This document shows positions 14,718 through 28,997 of a stretch of DNA of 64,000 bases, piece by piece. The stretch is from assembly GCA_000165425.1 (NCBI GenBank), contig CT868430.1, positions 310,001 through 374,000 of the forward strand, given 5' to 3'. Position 1 is the first letter of the stretch. Each line of letters opens with the position of its first letter. The notes beneath the pieces are model-generated. The model was not told where the DNA came from. It did no database searches and saw only the letters and a program-made list of their open reading frames with translations. The stretch comes from Paramecium tetraurelia (lineage: Eukaryota). The translations under genes were made by a program, and so were the position numbers.

Positions 14718-16362
14718 GTTGCTGTTGTTGTTGTTGTTGTTGTTATTATTATTGTTGTTGTTGTTGTTATTGTTATTACTATTGCTACTACTACTTCTAT
14801 TATTATGATTTTTATTTTTGTTTTAATATTTACTCTTCTTCTGATACTTATTATTCTATTTTTTATTATATTTCACTCATTTTGTTTTTTAAATCTTATT
14901 TCTTCTCCTCCTATTATTATTAGATTAATAATTCTTCAATTAAATTTTATTATTTTTATTAGATTGATTCAACTTAATTTGGTTGATTATTTTTATTTTC
15001 TAATAATAAAATTTCTTATTGTTATGTTTTATTCTTTAAATTAAATTTTGAAATTTCAAGAGGAGCTAAGATGTCACACTTTTTTTTTTAAATATTGTTG
15101 AAGTTAAAGTTTGCATCAATTTGTATACTTTTTTATTCTTATTCTGAAATAAAATTATCTTATTTAGTGGATTTTTCAATAGGGTTATTATTATTTTATT
15201 ATCTATTCTTTTATTCTTATAATTATTGAGTAACATCATCTTTTCTATCCATTCTATCAGTTTATCGATTACTAGCATCAGATCTATCTGTTTTATCTCC
15301 TCGAAGAAATTTGCTTTGTCTAACTTCTTGAGCTTTCTTTTTTGAAGGTGGATCCCATTAATCAAATAATTATTATTTCAAATTTTAAACAGTGCTTCTG
15401 CTGAAAGTCCTTTCAAGAACTGAAATAGATTAATCATTTTAATTCTATTTGGAGATTTATTATATGGATGCGCAACAATATTAAGAATATTGATTTGAAA
15501 AAATAAATTTGACCTCTTAAAACTCTTTCTTTTTGCAATTAATTTGTAATTCATGACCATAGTTCATCTTTTTAAATAAAGTCTAATTAACAAAAAATTA
15601 ATGATTTTAGAAATCATCTAGATTCCATTACAAAATATATTTTCCTTAGATTCCAAAAATAAATCTACTACTTGCTTAAATATCCTCTAGATTAGATGTT
15701 TTTAGTTTAATCATTTTAGTATTATAGCAATAAGCATCGCCATTCTCTGTAATAGCAATACCACCAAATTAGAACAATAATGACTTCTTAAAATACCCAT
15801 TAACCCCCAGACCATTTAATTATTGAATAGGAATTTGATTGTTATTCTCTATGTTAAAAATCTTTCCACCAACTTAATTAATCAATTAAAATTATACTTG
15901 TTATTAATGTCATTTTATCTTGATAGGTACTGATATGTTTACAATGAGAATAGATAGGTTTATTATTTTTCCAAAAAAATCCTCTTCCAGAATGATCAAT
16001 AGCAGTTGTAGGTGTAATGTTCATGAAGTTCTTTCCAGAAACTAGCAATTTTGGCTATTAATCAATTTAATAAAGGTCACCATTTGCTTAAAGAATGAGA
16101 TAATATTATACTCTGTAAACAAAACAAAGTTTTACTATCAGAACATATCTGCGAAACGTTTTATAAAACATTTATAGCTTCAGACTCGTTATATGATGCG
16201 ATTTGATTATCAGTGACTATTAGTCTTTTTAAGTTGCAATTTTCAATGTAATATAGAGAGACTCCCAACTTGATTGCCTAAGTAAATCTAAATCTAAGTG
16301 ATTAGATATTCTAAAGTATTCATTAATAAGCATACATCCAACTAATCGAATATAACAGACAT
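12667..16362 (-). CDS. Large low-complexity Q/E/K/S-rich hypothetical protein with a 36-Gln tract
   Basis: ATG 16362 with an early intron, long open frame in the ciliate code (not checked base by base throughout), TGA 12669-12667. Confidence 0.65.
14686..14793 (-). repeat. Coding trinucleotide repeat: 36 consecutive Gln codons (TAA/CAA/TAG/CAG mix)
   Basis: + strand run of TTA/TTG/CTA/CTG triplets, in frame with the flanking QQQSLDQLVNSINSPKQC on the - strand. Confidence 0.9.
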
Positions 16363-16390
16363 ATTTTATATACGTTAATATTATAATTTA

Positions 16391-17741
16391 TCAAACCAAT
16401 AAATCAAACAATTCCTTTGAATCATTTACAACTTCATATTATAAATGCATTTTCGTCATGTTCTCCATGACCTTTTTGATGTTCTCCTTTTTAGCTACTT
16501 CTATAGCCACCAAACATGGTCCCCTTTCTCTATTGGTTTTTTTCTAGAATTGGATATGGCTAATTTCATCATCTGGCCCCAAACATCTAATATTAGAATA
16601 TTAATTTACAAACTAACAAAGCTCTTGAGAATGCCAGGTCTGAATGGAATTTGAATCAAAAAGAAGTATTTCAATCCTTCAAACAATAATGAATGCTCCT
16701 TAAATTCATCAAATCTTGAAAGATCGACTGTTCCTCCTGAAATTAAACAGACAACATTTTTATCTTTTATTTTTGATGCATATTGATCCAAAACTGAGAC
16801 TGCCAAAGCCTAAAGGTCTTTACAATAATATTACTCCTGCTGGTTCCACTGCTATACCCTGATTATACAACTCAAGTATAGTTGAACTAACTCTTCCTTC
16901 AGGTACTACTACCAAATCATCTAGATTATGTTAACAAATATCAAATGTAATTTAAGGAACTGTTTTTACAGCTGATCCATCACAGAATCTAGACATACTT
17001 TCTATTCTCACAACTTTTTTTGCATCAAATGATGCTTTCATAGATGCTGCTCCATCTGGTTAAACCCCTATGATTTTGGTATTTGGAGACATTGCTTTGA
17101 AATAGGTTGCTATTCCAGCTGCCAATGCTCCTGCTCCAACTGGCACAAAAACATAATCAACTTCTCCTGGAAAATCTTCTATTATTTCTATGCCCTTTAT
17201 AATCAATATAATTTATTATACAATTGTGGCATTTCCTATGATTGCCTTAACATTATCACATGGATGTATCATTATTCTATCATGTTATTTTATATATTCT
17301 TAGGCTGCTGCTTCAGCTTCATCAAATGATTCTCCAACACTTCTTATCTCAACATAATCCTTCCCATACTTCTAAATTATTTCTATCTTCCATTGGAAAC
17401 ACACTTCAGGCAAAAAGACAGTTCCTAGTCTTTAATATAATGGATGTACCTTTGATTTTGAAATGATTGCAAAAGAAAGCAAAAGCCTCTGCAAAATTCC
17501 CATCACTAACAGTGACTAAGCCTTTTGTTTTCTGTTCTTGGGTTAAACTCATAAATGAATTGAATGCACCTCTCATCTTAAATACTCTGATTTGTTATTG
17601 ATCTTCTCTTTTCAGATGAATATTGCAATGATATTTTTCAGACAATCTGATTGATTTCTGCAATTTTGTTCGAAAATTCAAAGTGCTGTCTTTTTGAAGA
17701 CGATGAGCCTATGTTATCATAGGAATTGTTATTGATGACAT
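16391..17741 (-). CDS. ilvA: Threonine dehydratase/deaminase-like PLP enzyme, short bacterial-type form with a single C-terminal regulatory domain; divergent active-site motifs
   Basis: [19 protein letters not shown] (PLP Lys), [23 protein letters not shown], and C-terminal [22 protein letters not shown]...[28 protein letters not shown]; several short introns. Confidence 0.85.
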
Positions 17742-18693
17742 TTATGATATATTATTTAATTTGTTTCAATAAGATACTCGCTCACAAAATTATATAAAGT
17801 TTATTTATTCTCAAAATATTTCCAAATACATCAAGTTGCTAAACCATTAATTCTAACTTTTTGTGATTCTTAAATAATTACACAATCACTCATAATTTTA
17901 GACAAACAATTTCGACATTAGATAATTTTATTGTGTTTTATAAATAATTATTTCATCATTTATCATACAGCACCACTATCAGGTTATAATTATTAGTATA
18001 TTAAATTAGCTTTAATATTCCTACTCTTACAAATTTTATGATATGAGTTTTTAATTACAGCATTTTCTATATTTTATAAATTGTAAAGACTCAAAACATT
18101 GAGCTTTTCTATTTTGTTATATATCAATATTTCTAATATTCAATAAAATTCTTAATATATTCAACATATTTTTAATTAAAAAATAAAATGCAATACCATA
18201 ATTATTTTTTCAAACCTTCCAATGATATTTATATAAAGAGAAAATAGGCTGCAATGAAAAATTAATTCGGAAAGAATTGTAATTTAATTAGTTGATTTAA
18301 TAGTTTTAACTGGAATTTCAATAGCATTCTCATGTTACTATCTTTTTAGTTTGTATAGGGATTGGTTAATAGAGTTACCAGTTTGGTAGAAATGGAGATA
18401 AGAGAAAATGACTTCTAAAGAATCATATGAATTTGTAATTTAAGGATTTCATCCAATGAGAAAGACTTTAATACAATAGTTTAGTTAATTTTGAGTAAAT
18501 TAAATTTATAAAAGGTTATTATATTAACAATTCATTCATTACAATTTTGTGATCTCTTCTTCTGTCAACCATCTTTCATTTATTCTATTGTAAGAAGATT
18601 CCTTATTAAATAATAATAGCAGTATAATAAAATCTTTTTTAGAGATATTAAAATTATTAAAAAACAAATTACATCTACATAAATACAAACTAA

Positions 18694-20368
18694 TCAAATT
18701 AATTTCTGCTTTTTTCTATATTCCTATTCATTATTTGCGGATTTAAACTATTTGTTAGTTGGATCGATTGCATATTCAGGCTTAGTGTGTATGGCTTCAA
18801 ATCTAAAATTATTTACAACATTTTCTACCTTTTATCATGAGGATTGAATCCAACTTTTGGCTTTTTATCATCTTCAACTAATAATTTTAATTATGCTTAT
18901 TCTAATTTCTTTTATTTTAATTCTTATTTTTTAAGTTTCTTTTTCTCTAAATATTTTAAATGCTCTTTTGGTCTTCCCTCATTATCATCCTCTTCTTATC
19001 CTTAGAATCCAACAAAGAAATCATCAATTCTGCCTTCTTTTGGCACATGGAAATTTTTTTACTTCTAACCCATTCTTTCAATAATCGAATTTTAACCATT
19101 TGGATTAAATCCACTTTGGAATGTAACTTTTAGATTGCTTTTAGATTCTAACAATTAGAAAATTAATACTTTTTTTAAATGAATTTCTCCAATCCTCCTC
19201 TTCTTCATTTTTATCTTCTTAAACTTAATTTAAAAGATCTTTAACTTCATTCTTAATCTTATCCTCATCTTCACTTTCATAATTTCCTACAATATCTTCA
19301 AAATCTTCTTTATTAAAATTTTTAATGTTTTTATTCCAAAAATTGGTTCTAGGCTTACTATCCTCCCAAGTTAGTTTTACGTCTGTGTGTCCAACAGCTC
19401 TATTGATAACATTGTTTGATGTAATATGAGATGGTAATGTATTACATTCCTATTTGAGATTCTCCTTTGGTAAGACAACATCATTAGGAATGAATCTCAA
19501 ATCAATTTTGATATTAGTTAATTCAAATTCCTATCCATTAATTTGTTAATAGATTTAATCTGCTGTTTTAGCTGAATCGCATTCAATAACTGCATAATAG
19601 TATTTAAGTCTATCTTTTTCATATTGTCTTAATTTTACAGGATCTACATCTAAATCCTCTTCATGTCCTTTTACTATCAATTCATTGACTGCACTGACTT
19701 CGTCTTTTTATTTTTTTGGTCTAATAATTGAATTAAAATATTTACACATAGTTATCTTTGAATATTTGTCTCGGTCCAAATTCATTCTCTTCATCCAATT
19801 TTTACTTTCCATATTCGCTTACAAAGACTTATACTTACTATATAGATGAGCCTGTGGGTGCAAATGAAGAAAAAAGGACGAATAAATCCTTTGCCTTCAT
19901 TTATTACCAATCATAATTTTATAATGCCAATCTCTTAGTAGCTTATAAAATGATTGGAGCATTCTTTTAATCTAATTCTTCATCTTCCCAATTATCAACT
20001 CCTGATGATATAGAAATATCTTCCTCAGAATTTAGTTCTTCTTCATTTTGATCAGATTCATTTTATGATTTTTCTTAAGAGTCCTCTTATTAATCTTATT
20101 CATTTGATTAATCCTCAACTTAACTTTCTTCATCTTCTTCATTCTGAGCTACTTATTCTTCCTCTTGATCATCCAATTCATAATGATCCTTGAATTCTGA
20201 TTCTTGTTTTCTCTTATTTCCATATATGTCAAATTTAGGCTTAGTAGAAAACTTTGGGTCCCTTAGAATGGAACTGAATTTTTTGTTTAGTTTAGTTTTG
20301 AGTTGTTTCTTTGGTAATGATTTAAATCTTGGATCTTTCTTAATACGTGCAAACCTTGGATCGTCCAT
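18694..20368 (-). CDS. ESF1: Pre-rRNA-processing protein ESF1 (NUC153 domain)
   Basis: MDDPRFARIKKDPRF, acidic tract, ATKRLAL.NYDW, KLRQYEKDRLKYYYAVIECDS, IDLRFIP, VKLTWED, PEYAIDPTNKQFK. Confidence 0.92.
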
Positions 20369-22778
20369 AAATTAAATAATTTAATTAATTTCTTAAAGTT
20401 TTTAATTCTTTAAAGCAATATTTATTATCATGTTTTTCTAATACATTTGTATATTTATTATGTATTTCTATGACAAAAAAAGTAAATAGATTCAAAATAA
20501 TATAATAATGAAGAATAATGAATATACTTAGCATTAAGAGTTTCGTCTAATTGAGATTTTGTTAAAAGGTCAATTAACTTTAGCCTCTATTATTTGAATA
20601 TTGGGGATGTCATTGATTCAGTCATTTTCCTTAGAGTAGAATATTAAATGAGTTTATAAAAAAAAGTTTTAAAAGTGAAAATTCAAAAACTCTTAAATAA
20701 AATGTAATTTCATAAAAATTATATTAATTTTTAAAAAAACATAGTTTCTAATAAATGCACCTTGATTGAATCTACTTAAATTTGCAAACTGTTTATAAAA
20801 ATAAACAATTTTAATAAGATTGAAGATATCTACTTTCTTAAATTAAGTAGGGTTGTTAAAAATATAGAATCTAAATTAAATAATAGAAAAGTAAATGTTA
20901 GTAAATTTGATGTTTAAGGATTGAAATGAATTTTCATATTTGTATTCTTATACAGTCTCAAGTTGGTAGTGGTTTAATTGGTAAAATTAAAATATTTTTT
21001 GAAATAATTATTAAGTTCCCAAGATTCAAGATTCAAGAGGATAAAATCAGATCTAAAACATTGCATCTCTAAGAATGAAAGAAACAACATTTAATTATTA
21101 TTTAGTTTGCAATAAAATTACTAATTTATTTTCATAAAATATATTTTCTAATCATAGTTAACAAAATAAATGATTCAAATAAAAGGACCTAAGATAAACT
21201 TTAGTATGCCTATTAAAATATAAGACTTGATGGAAGAAAAACCATATTTATAATTTGATCTTGAAAGCACGGACTGCTTCAGAAATTAAAAAATTTCTAA
21301 ATATGTAAAATTTGCCCCAACAACTACTATTTTTCTGAGATACTAAGATGAAGATATTTATAGATTCAGAGATAGACTTAAAACTTAAGTTTAAATAACA
21401 AAAGAAATACATAATCTTAACCCAACCCTTGAGGATTCCCCAAAAAAATAACAACTTAAATCATGCATGAAAATTCCAACCGATTCAGATTATTGAAGTC
21501 TTGATTAAATAATATCTTTTGCTTTACTTAATACTTTTCTTAAAAATATTCTTTTATTCACTATTATTTAAGTGTTTCTTCAATATTTTTTTGGACAGTA
21601 AAAAATTTGTAATTGATTGAAAACTCACTATGTTTCTAACACTAAATGACCTCTATTACCCTAATCTATAAGATAAATAATATAACTAAAATTTCACCCA
21701 CACATTATTATTTTGATATTTTCCTCTTACTCAATGACAAAAGCTTGCAATGTTTACAACAAACTAGAAATTGTTATTTAACCAAAAAAATGATTTATTA
21801 ATTTTCTGCATTGATACAAATCTTATTAATCAATATGACCAAACAATAAATTTTAAAGACAAACAGGAATAAAACAATTCTCTATAATAAAATAAATTAT
21901 TAAAAAGTTTCTTAATTGTGCGATAGCGACCTAACAATATTGGTGTTGGTATAGTGTTAAGTTATTAATGTTTGTTGGTGATGTTGAGAAACTAAAATCC
22001 ATATTAATTTATTCTTTTCTTATTCTTCATTATAATTTATCATGACTATTAATTGTTAATTTTTACATCTTAAAAAATTAAGTAATTCGAAAATAATTAC
22101 TAATATTTTTACAATTCCTCTTAAAAGATTTACAAATTAAATTATTTGATTAGTATTGCATTATGAATTTTTCATCGGGTTTTTGAACAATAAAAAGAAT
22201 TATTAACTTTCTGCTTCAAAATAAGAAAATTTTTTATAAAGTTTGCAAATAAAAAGTATAATTTGATAATTTAATAAGAAGTTTGAGAATTATCTTTGTT
22301 TTAATTTAGTGAGTAAATGGGAGAATTTCTATTATTTAATTTATGCTTGATAGTAGATTAGATAGTATGGAAATCGATAGGAAGAGAATTACGAGCATTT
22401 GAATTCTAATTTTGTTATATGGTAAGAATTTAAATTCAAAAAAGAAATTGTGTTTAGAATTGGTAAACGAATGCAATATATGTGAATATTCATTTTTTTC
22501 TAATAAATAATAAATGAATAGATGTATCATAAAAATGTTAAAAGCTTCTCCCTCCTATGTTAAGTGAATTGATGAGTTTGCATTATTCCTAATATAACTA
22601 AAATTGCAAAAAGAAACACCATAACTCTGTAATAATTTTTGTAATTTAATTGATCCTCTATTGGGTTATGATATCCATTTTATTGTTATTGAGATTATTG
22701 TCCTTAGTTCATTTTTTTCAATAGTTAATTTATTAAATAAATAATAGTTTTTATGTATATATATATTTATTAAATAAT

Positions 22779-23369
22779 ATGCAAACTCCTTTCAGGAAGC
22801 AACCTAAAAGCGTCAAATAAATTATCAAGGAATTAATACTTAAAGAAATGGAAAAGGAGGCCAAAAAAGCTAACTTTAACATAGTAGTAATTCCCACTAG
22901 AGTTGGATAATCATGTTGGGGGACTACTAATTTAAGAAGAATATCACCTACAAACTATTAAAGAGTTGATTAAGGCCCAGTATTTTCTCCGATTAATTGT
23001 ACTCAAATCTCTCCAATTACTTAGACTTAAGGAACTCCAAAAAACAGCAAAACTAAATAAAAGTCAAAGTATTAAAAATTATTAAAAATGACCGATGAAT
23101 AACCTTATTAATATTAGAAAAGGTAGGAGAGATATAAAACTGAGGCCCGTTAAAAATCTTTATCTCTTAATACTGCAAAAAATATCCATTAAAGATTGCC
23201 TTCCTTGCCGAGAAAGATTAATTATTTGACAGAGGAAGCAAAAAGTCTATAAATTAAATTAACAGACACAATTGAAGGATATCAAGTACATGAAGATGAT
23301 ATGTCATTTGAGATTGATGAATATGTTAAAATGAAATATATTAAATAGATAAAATATTAAGGAAATTGA
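22779..23369 (+). CDS. Small hypothetical protein
   Basis: MQTPFRKQPKSVKQIIKELILKEMEKEAKK...; TGA 23367-23369; internal splice or frame near 23120 not resolved. Confidence 0.5.
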
Positions 23370-23446
23370 AGAAGATGTATTTTCTTTAATTAGAGTGCTT
23401 TTAAAATTTAAAAGTGTGTTTTTGGAAAAATTATTTATACAAAATT

Positions 23447-24165
23447 ATGAACAAAATTAAAAGAAAGCTTTTCTCTATGGAGGCTATCTTAGATTCTAGA
23501 ACTATAAATGACTAACTCTATTTTTTAGTAAAATGGGCTGGCTATCCAATCTCATAATCCACATGGGAAAAAGCAGATAAAGTTCCAGCTGATTCAAATA
23601 TGATTTCAGAGTATAAGATGAGTGTTCAGATGCTTGGAAAAACCTTCTATTTTGATCCATTAGATTAACCTCCTTAGATTGAAGATTTTGTAGATATTCC
23701 ACCTGAAAAAAGTGAACTTTCCACTTTTAACACAAAATTAAGTGAATTTCAGCATCAGATCAATACTCTTAGAGACGATGTTAGGTTTATTCTATAATCA
23801 CAATTGAAACTCATTAAAGAGCTAAAAATGTCGAAAAATGCTATTCAATAATATGACATATTAGGTTCACCTGCCTCTCAAGAAAAATAATAATCTGTTT
23901 AATCTGATATGATGCAATAAAGCGCTTCAATAAATTATGATGGTTCTTTTGATTAAGGTGACAAAGTTGAAAAAATTGGTAGAGCTGTTTAAATTAAAAA
24001 AAGTAAAACAAAGATGTATTATATTTTATGGAAAAGAAGAAACAATGGTACAATATTGATTTAATATTAGGTCAAATTCCAAAAAATTCATGGGTAGAAA
24101 GTGAATAAATGATTGAAAATGATCCTGCTAAAGTTTGTCAATACTTATGGAATAAATTAATTTGA
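23447..24165 (+). CDS. HP1-like protein: N-terminal chromodomain plus C-terminal chromo-shadow-like domain
   Basis: FSMEAILDSRTINDQLYFLVKWAGYPISQSTWEKAD (chromodomain); GSFDQGDKVEKI...YYILWKRRNNGQIPKNSWVESEQMIENDPAKVCQYL (shadow-like). Confidence 0.85.
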
Positions 24166-24206
24166 ATGATTATTTAATAGAATATTTAATTTAGATAAAG
24201 TATTAA

Positions 24207-25896
24207 TCAATTATGCTTACCTTTTGGATTGAAGTCTTTTACATTTACTTCTGTTGCAAATGTTTTCTAGCTTTTAGGACTACTCATTTATTTTTTGTGA
24301 TTTTCCAAAAGTTGCTATTAGTGTATAATTTTATCTTATTATTATTTGATCTATTTAAATTAATATATGTACGATGAGGTTAAGCTTATTGATTTCTTAG
24401 GATTAAGAAGGGCTGCTATTTTCTTTAATATTTATTTCTAGTATATTACACCTAATAGAAATTATCAATAATACTTTTATCTTAATATTTCATTTTCTTA
24501 TATAAGTTAATCCAAAAGTTATCTATTTTGTTATGAACTGTTTTCATAACATTTATTCTTCCATAATTCTATTTCATTTAATCTATTTTTCAACATCACA
24601 GTTAGTTTTTCTATTTTATTTTATTATTCTAAATATTATTTCTAAGCATTGTGTTCTGAAGTTGAATATTATTGATATTATTCTTTAATGCTATTATAAT
24701 TTTATAACAATTATTAATATTAAATTTCTGTGTTTTATGAATTTTATAAGTTTTATTCAAGAAGACTTATTGTTTTTCGTTATTATGCTAGTTGTGTTGT
24801 CTGATGTTCAACCAGACTTTATAAATCTTTCTCCTATTATTCTAATTAACTTATTTTCCAAGAGTACTAGTTCATCTAAGAGGATGTTGATTAGGTTTCT
24901 TAAATCTTAGATTCTAATTAAGAGGTGGCATTCTATAATTCACGGATCTTTTATTAATATTAGTTTTAGAGCTATTGTTTTTCTATCTATTCCTTTTTTA
25001 ATTACTAAATTATTTATTCTTAGGAAATATTGAACTCTTCTTTCATTTTATTTATATTCTCTAACAATGCATTATTTTCTTATTGAAATTGTATCAATTC
25101 TATTTTATATGCCTCTAACTATTAAGTTAAATCTTTTTGGAGATCGATTAAATATTAATTTTCCTTGTAGTGCTTATTGCATTCTTCTTCATAATATTTA
25201 TTTTATTCTTCCAAACTTTTTATAACTTCATTCAGTCTAATCATTTATTACTTTATTTATACGATTTCCAATTTCTACTATTTTTAAGATGGGTCATCAA
25301 TTATATCCCCCATTTATGTAGAATTTAGCATCTAAAACTTTCTTAGTTATTCCCTTAATTAATTGTTTTCTATATTTGTTTGTTCAACAAGTAAATTATA
25401 CTTATTTTTTTGGGATTTTAATTGATTAATTTCATTAATTAAATTTGCATTCTCCTATTATTTCTCTCTTAATTAACTTTGTGTTAATTGGATTTAGTAA
25501 AGATGCTGTGTTTCCATCTCTTCAATCTTTAACCCATAATGCAATTCAAGTTGACTTATTTTTGATTAGCACTCCTATATTTATTGTGTCTTCAATTTTA
25601 TACAAATATTTTGTTTCTCTATCTCTTAAATTAGTGCTCCTATCTGCTTTAGGTTATTTTAATATTTCTACCTAGTCAACATTTTTGATATTTGGTTATC
25701 CATTGATTCCTTACTTATTATCAATACTCAATTCATTCGGACTTCGAATGGGTGAAATAGACTGAGATTGATGAGAAGAATTGACTTGTTTGAGAGTAGG
25801 TTACAAATGTCCAGTTTCATATTACTTGCTTTACTCTGTTCGAAGTGCCCTTTAAGATCTATTATTTTAAAATAGATTATCCTGCTGCTTCGACAT
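24207..25896 (-). CDS. Coiled-coil hypothetical protein
   Basis: MSKQQDNLFQNNRSQR...; Q/E/K/L heptad-rich; short introns; TGA 24209-24207. Confidence 0.7.
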
Positions 25897-26168
25897 TAAT
25901 TTTAAATTAAATTCTAAATTTATTATAAATAAAAAAGAAGAATAATTAAATAATTATTATACCATAAAGTTAAGTAGCATTAGAGATTGCTTCCTTAATA
26001 AAACATTATTAATTATTTTAGAAACAATTGTGAAACTAGGTTTATACTTAATTATTTTATATTTGCATTAAAAATTAAAAGGCTTTAGATAATAATAAGA
26101 AATAATTAATTTTAAATAAATAACAAATGTTATAAATCAAAAATTGTTAGTCATATTTAGTGTGAAAT

Positions 26169-28194
26169 TCATTCTAATTTTAAACTTCTTCTAAAAGCCA
26201 AACATCTTTCCACTTAATCATATAGTTTTTATCCTCCGCATTCCATGACTGCATTAATCATATCAGCGATATTTTATTTGCCGTTTAGAACAGCCTTCTC
26301 CAATTATACAATTTAATGTTCCAGAGAGCTACATCTTTGATCACTTAGTTTAACTATTCGCTATCACATTAATAATGATAATTACTTTTGTTATTTCTAA
26401 TTCTTTTTGATTGCTCTCAAGTCTTATTTAATCTTTCTTTGAGTTAAGTACTTAGAATAATATTGAATCTATACTTAATTGTTGATTTTCCTTTTAACTA
26501 ATTTATAATTCATTGGAATATTCATATACCAATTTTTGTAATTCTGATCGTGATAATTAGTTAAATCTAGGTGTAAATTGTATATTATTTTTACTTTCCT
26601 TCATTTTTTAATAAATTATCAATCTAATTTTTAGAACATTTTGTTCTTCCTTTTTCATCATTAACTTAATAGATAGTTTCTACACAAATATTTGTACTAT
26701 ATTAAAATTTATCTCTGTTTGCTCTAAGTTCTTCCTTTTACAAACAAATACAGTATTCTTTGTTATTTTAAGAATCCTTACGAGATTCCACATAGTTTTA
26801 GAGTGAAATCTTTTCTTTTTATAATTCAACAATAGTGTTTTTTATTTTAGTTAGTTCTTCTTTCAATTTTGATATCTCTTGAATATATTTTTGTTATTGT
26901 GTATCCTTCTCATCTTTCAAAATATCATTCTCTTTTAGAAGGATTTCATTTTCTTTTTTAAGTATTTCAGACTCCTTTTTGATCTACTGAATTTCCTTAC
27001 TATTCTTATCAGGTAAATTATATAATTCATTAATAAATGAGTTACTAAAATTACTGTTGAAACTTTGAATCTACATTTTTTTATAATCTGATTGAAGAGC
27101 AGAATAAGTTTCTGATAACAAATTAAAAGCAGCTTCGGATTTCTTGATTTACTCCAATAACTTCTCATTTTATTGTTTCATTAATTTATTCTAATATTGT
27201 AACATCTAGTTTTAAATTTGTAATGAATTCTCATCATACTCTCCCTTCTCTAATTATCTACATGATAATAACAATGCTTGTTCATTTTAAGTTGGTCTTG
27301 AATTGAAATTATCAAATTAATCTAACTTTTTTGGATTTGCTTTAGGTTTAGTGGAGCCTCTCATAATTTCCTCGTGATTCTATACATTTTTGGTCCTTCT
27401 CTTGCCTGGAACAACAAATTTATTTTCTCTCAAAGCAACAGGGCCATCAAAATCTGATTTTTCTTCCTTGGATTTTTATTATAATAAACTAACTTTCTAA
27501 ACTCTTACAGTTTATTATCTTTTTGTATTTACTTCAGGTTCATTTAGCTTATCAACTTCAGAATATTTTAAGTGATTTTCAAAATTACTTGGTTATTCAG
27601 AATATTTCTTTAATGTTTCTTCTCTATTATGATTCAAAATTTCTCCTCTTTCTTATACTGGGGAATGCTGACATTCTCGCTTTTACCTAAGCCACTCTTC
27701 ACTTTTTTTAATTTCCTAGTTAATTTTACTAAATTCGATATATAATTATACCATCTATTGTTTCCAACTCTTTTATATTCACTTTAATTTGATTAGTTCC
27801 ATGCCAATCCCACCTAAATATAAGCTTCTTGATCTTATCTATTATGTATAGGAATTTTATCAATAACCAATGGTAAATGATTTTCAATATAAAAACCTAG
27901 ATTCAGAATTGCTTCTCCATAGCATACTTTGCAATCTTGAACCATTATTTTTAACTAGATAAGATATATGGAAGTTACATATCGGTTTTCAGTATAATAA
28001 AAATCAAACTCAACAACTTCATTTATATCTTAAACACTCGAACATTGACTCAATATTTTAGACGTCAAAATTTTAGATTCATTTGCTATTAATAAGAATT
28101 GTATATTACCATCATGAATGACTATTTTGCACTATTCTGAATATTTTTCAATAAAAAACTACAAAGATTATACTTCGATTTCTAGATGAAGCAT
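26169..28194 (-). CDS. Hypothetical protein with a possible N-terminal C2-like beta domain and long coiled coil
   Basis: MLHLEIEVQSLQFFIEKYSEQCKIVIHD...CYGEAILNLGFYIEN... beta-rich start; ends IADMINAVMECGGQKLYDQVERCLAFRRSLKLE*. Confidence 0.7.
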
Positions 28195-28997
28195 AAGCCG
28201 TAATAAATTATTATTATTATTTATTAAAATATATCATTAATAGCATCTGAGTAAATAAGCAAGCGATGTATATATGGATGAATTAATCACTTTTTATAAA
28301 TCTATGGGCATTTATCAATTCCTTTACTGTAACTTAGACATACTCCTTCAAATTATCAAATTTAATTGCAATTAAATATTTAAACATTTCTTGAAAAACC
28401 GCCATTGTCATCATTCTATGTTTTTTATATTCTCTAAATTTCTCATATTCTAACATCCTCAAATACTTAATTATCGCCTCATTCATTATAATCTCTCTAA
28501 CTATTTAGAATAGAAACTCAAACATAAAATCATCATAGGATCTTTACTAATATCACAAATAATATGGTAAAATGCACTTATTTTGATTTTGTTTATCAAG
28601 AATAGAGTTTCTCATTGTCTTTTGTAACTGGAACTTTTAGATTTAATTATTAACGACTAAATCTGTAGAATTCAAAAAGAGTTTAAACTTAAAGACAATT
28701 AAATACCTTTTATGAAATTTACCTGAATCATTAACAAAACTGTAACGATTTAGGAGTTCATTTTCTAAAAGGTGAATCAGTCGGATAAGATTGTATTCTA
28801 TAAATATAACAAATAAGTATAGAATCGATTGGATTTGTATAGAACAATAAGTTATAATTTATAGAATAATAGTGATATCTTAAAAAAACTAAAATATATG
28901 AAAATATCAGTTGGCAGTTAAGATAATTTTCAAATTAATTTTTATAAAAAAGTATATATTCTTTTAAATTAACTTCAGATTATGTAAAAGTATATAT

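Noticed and set aside
14661..15044. 127-aa poly-Ile/Val hydrophobic ORF on the + strand
   Set aside because: Antisense shadow of the polyQ-coding minus-strand gene.
17750..22770. Coding-like fragments at ~18190-18500 and ~20430-21500
   Set aside because: They could not be assembled into a spliced frame or assigned to a family, so they are left unannotated.
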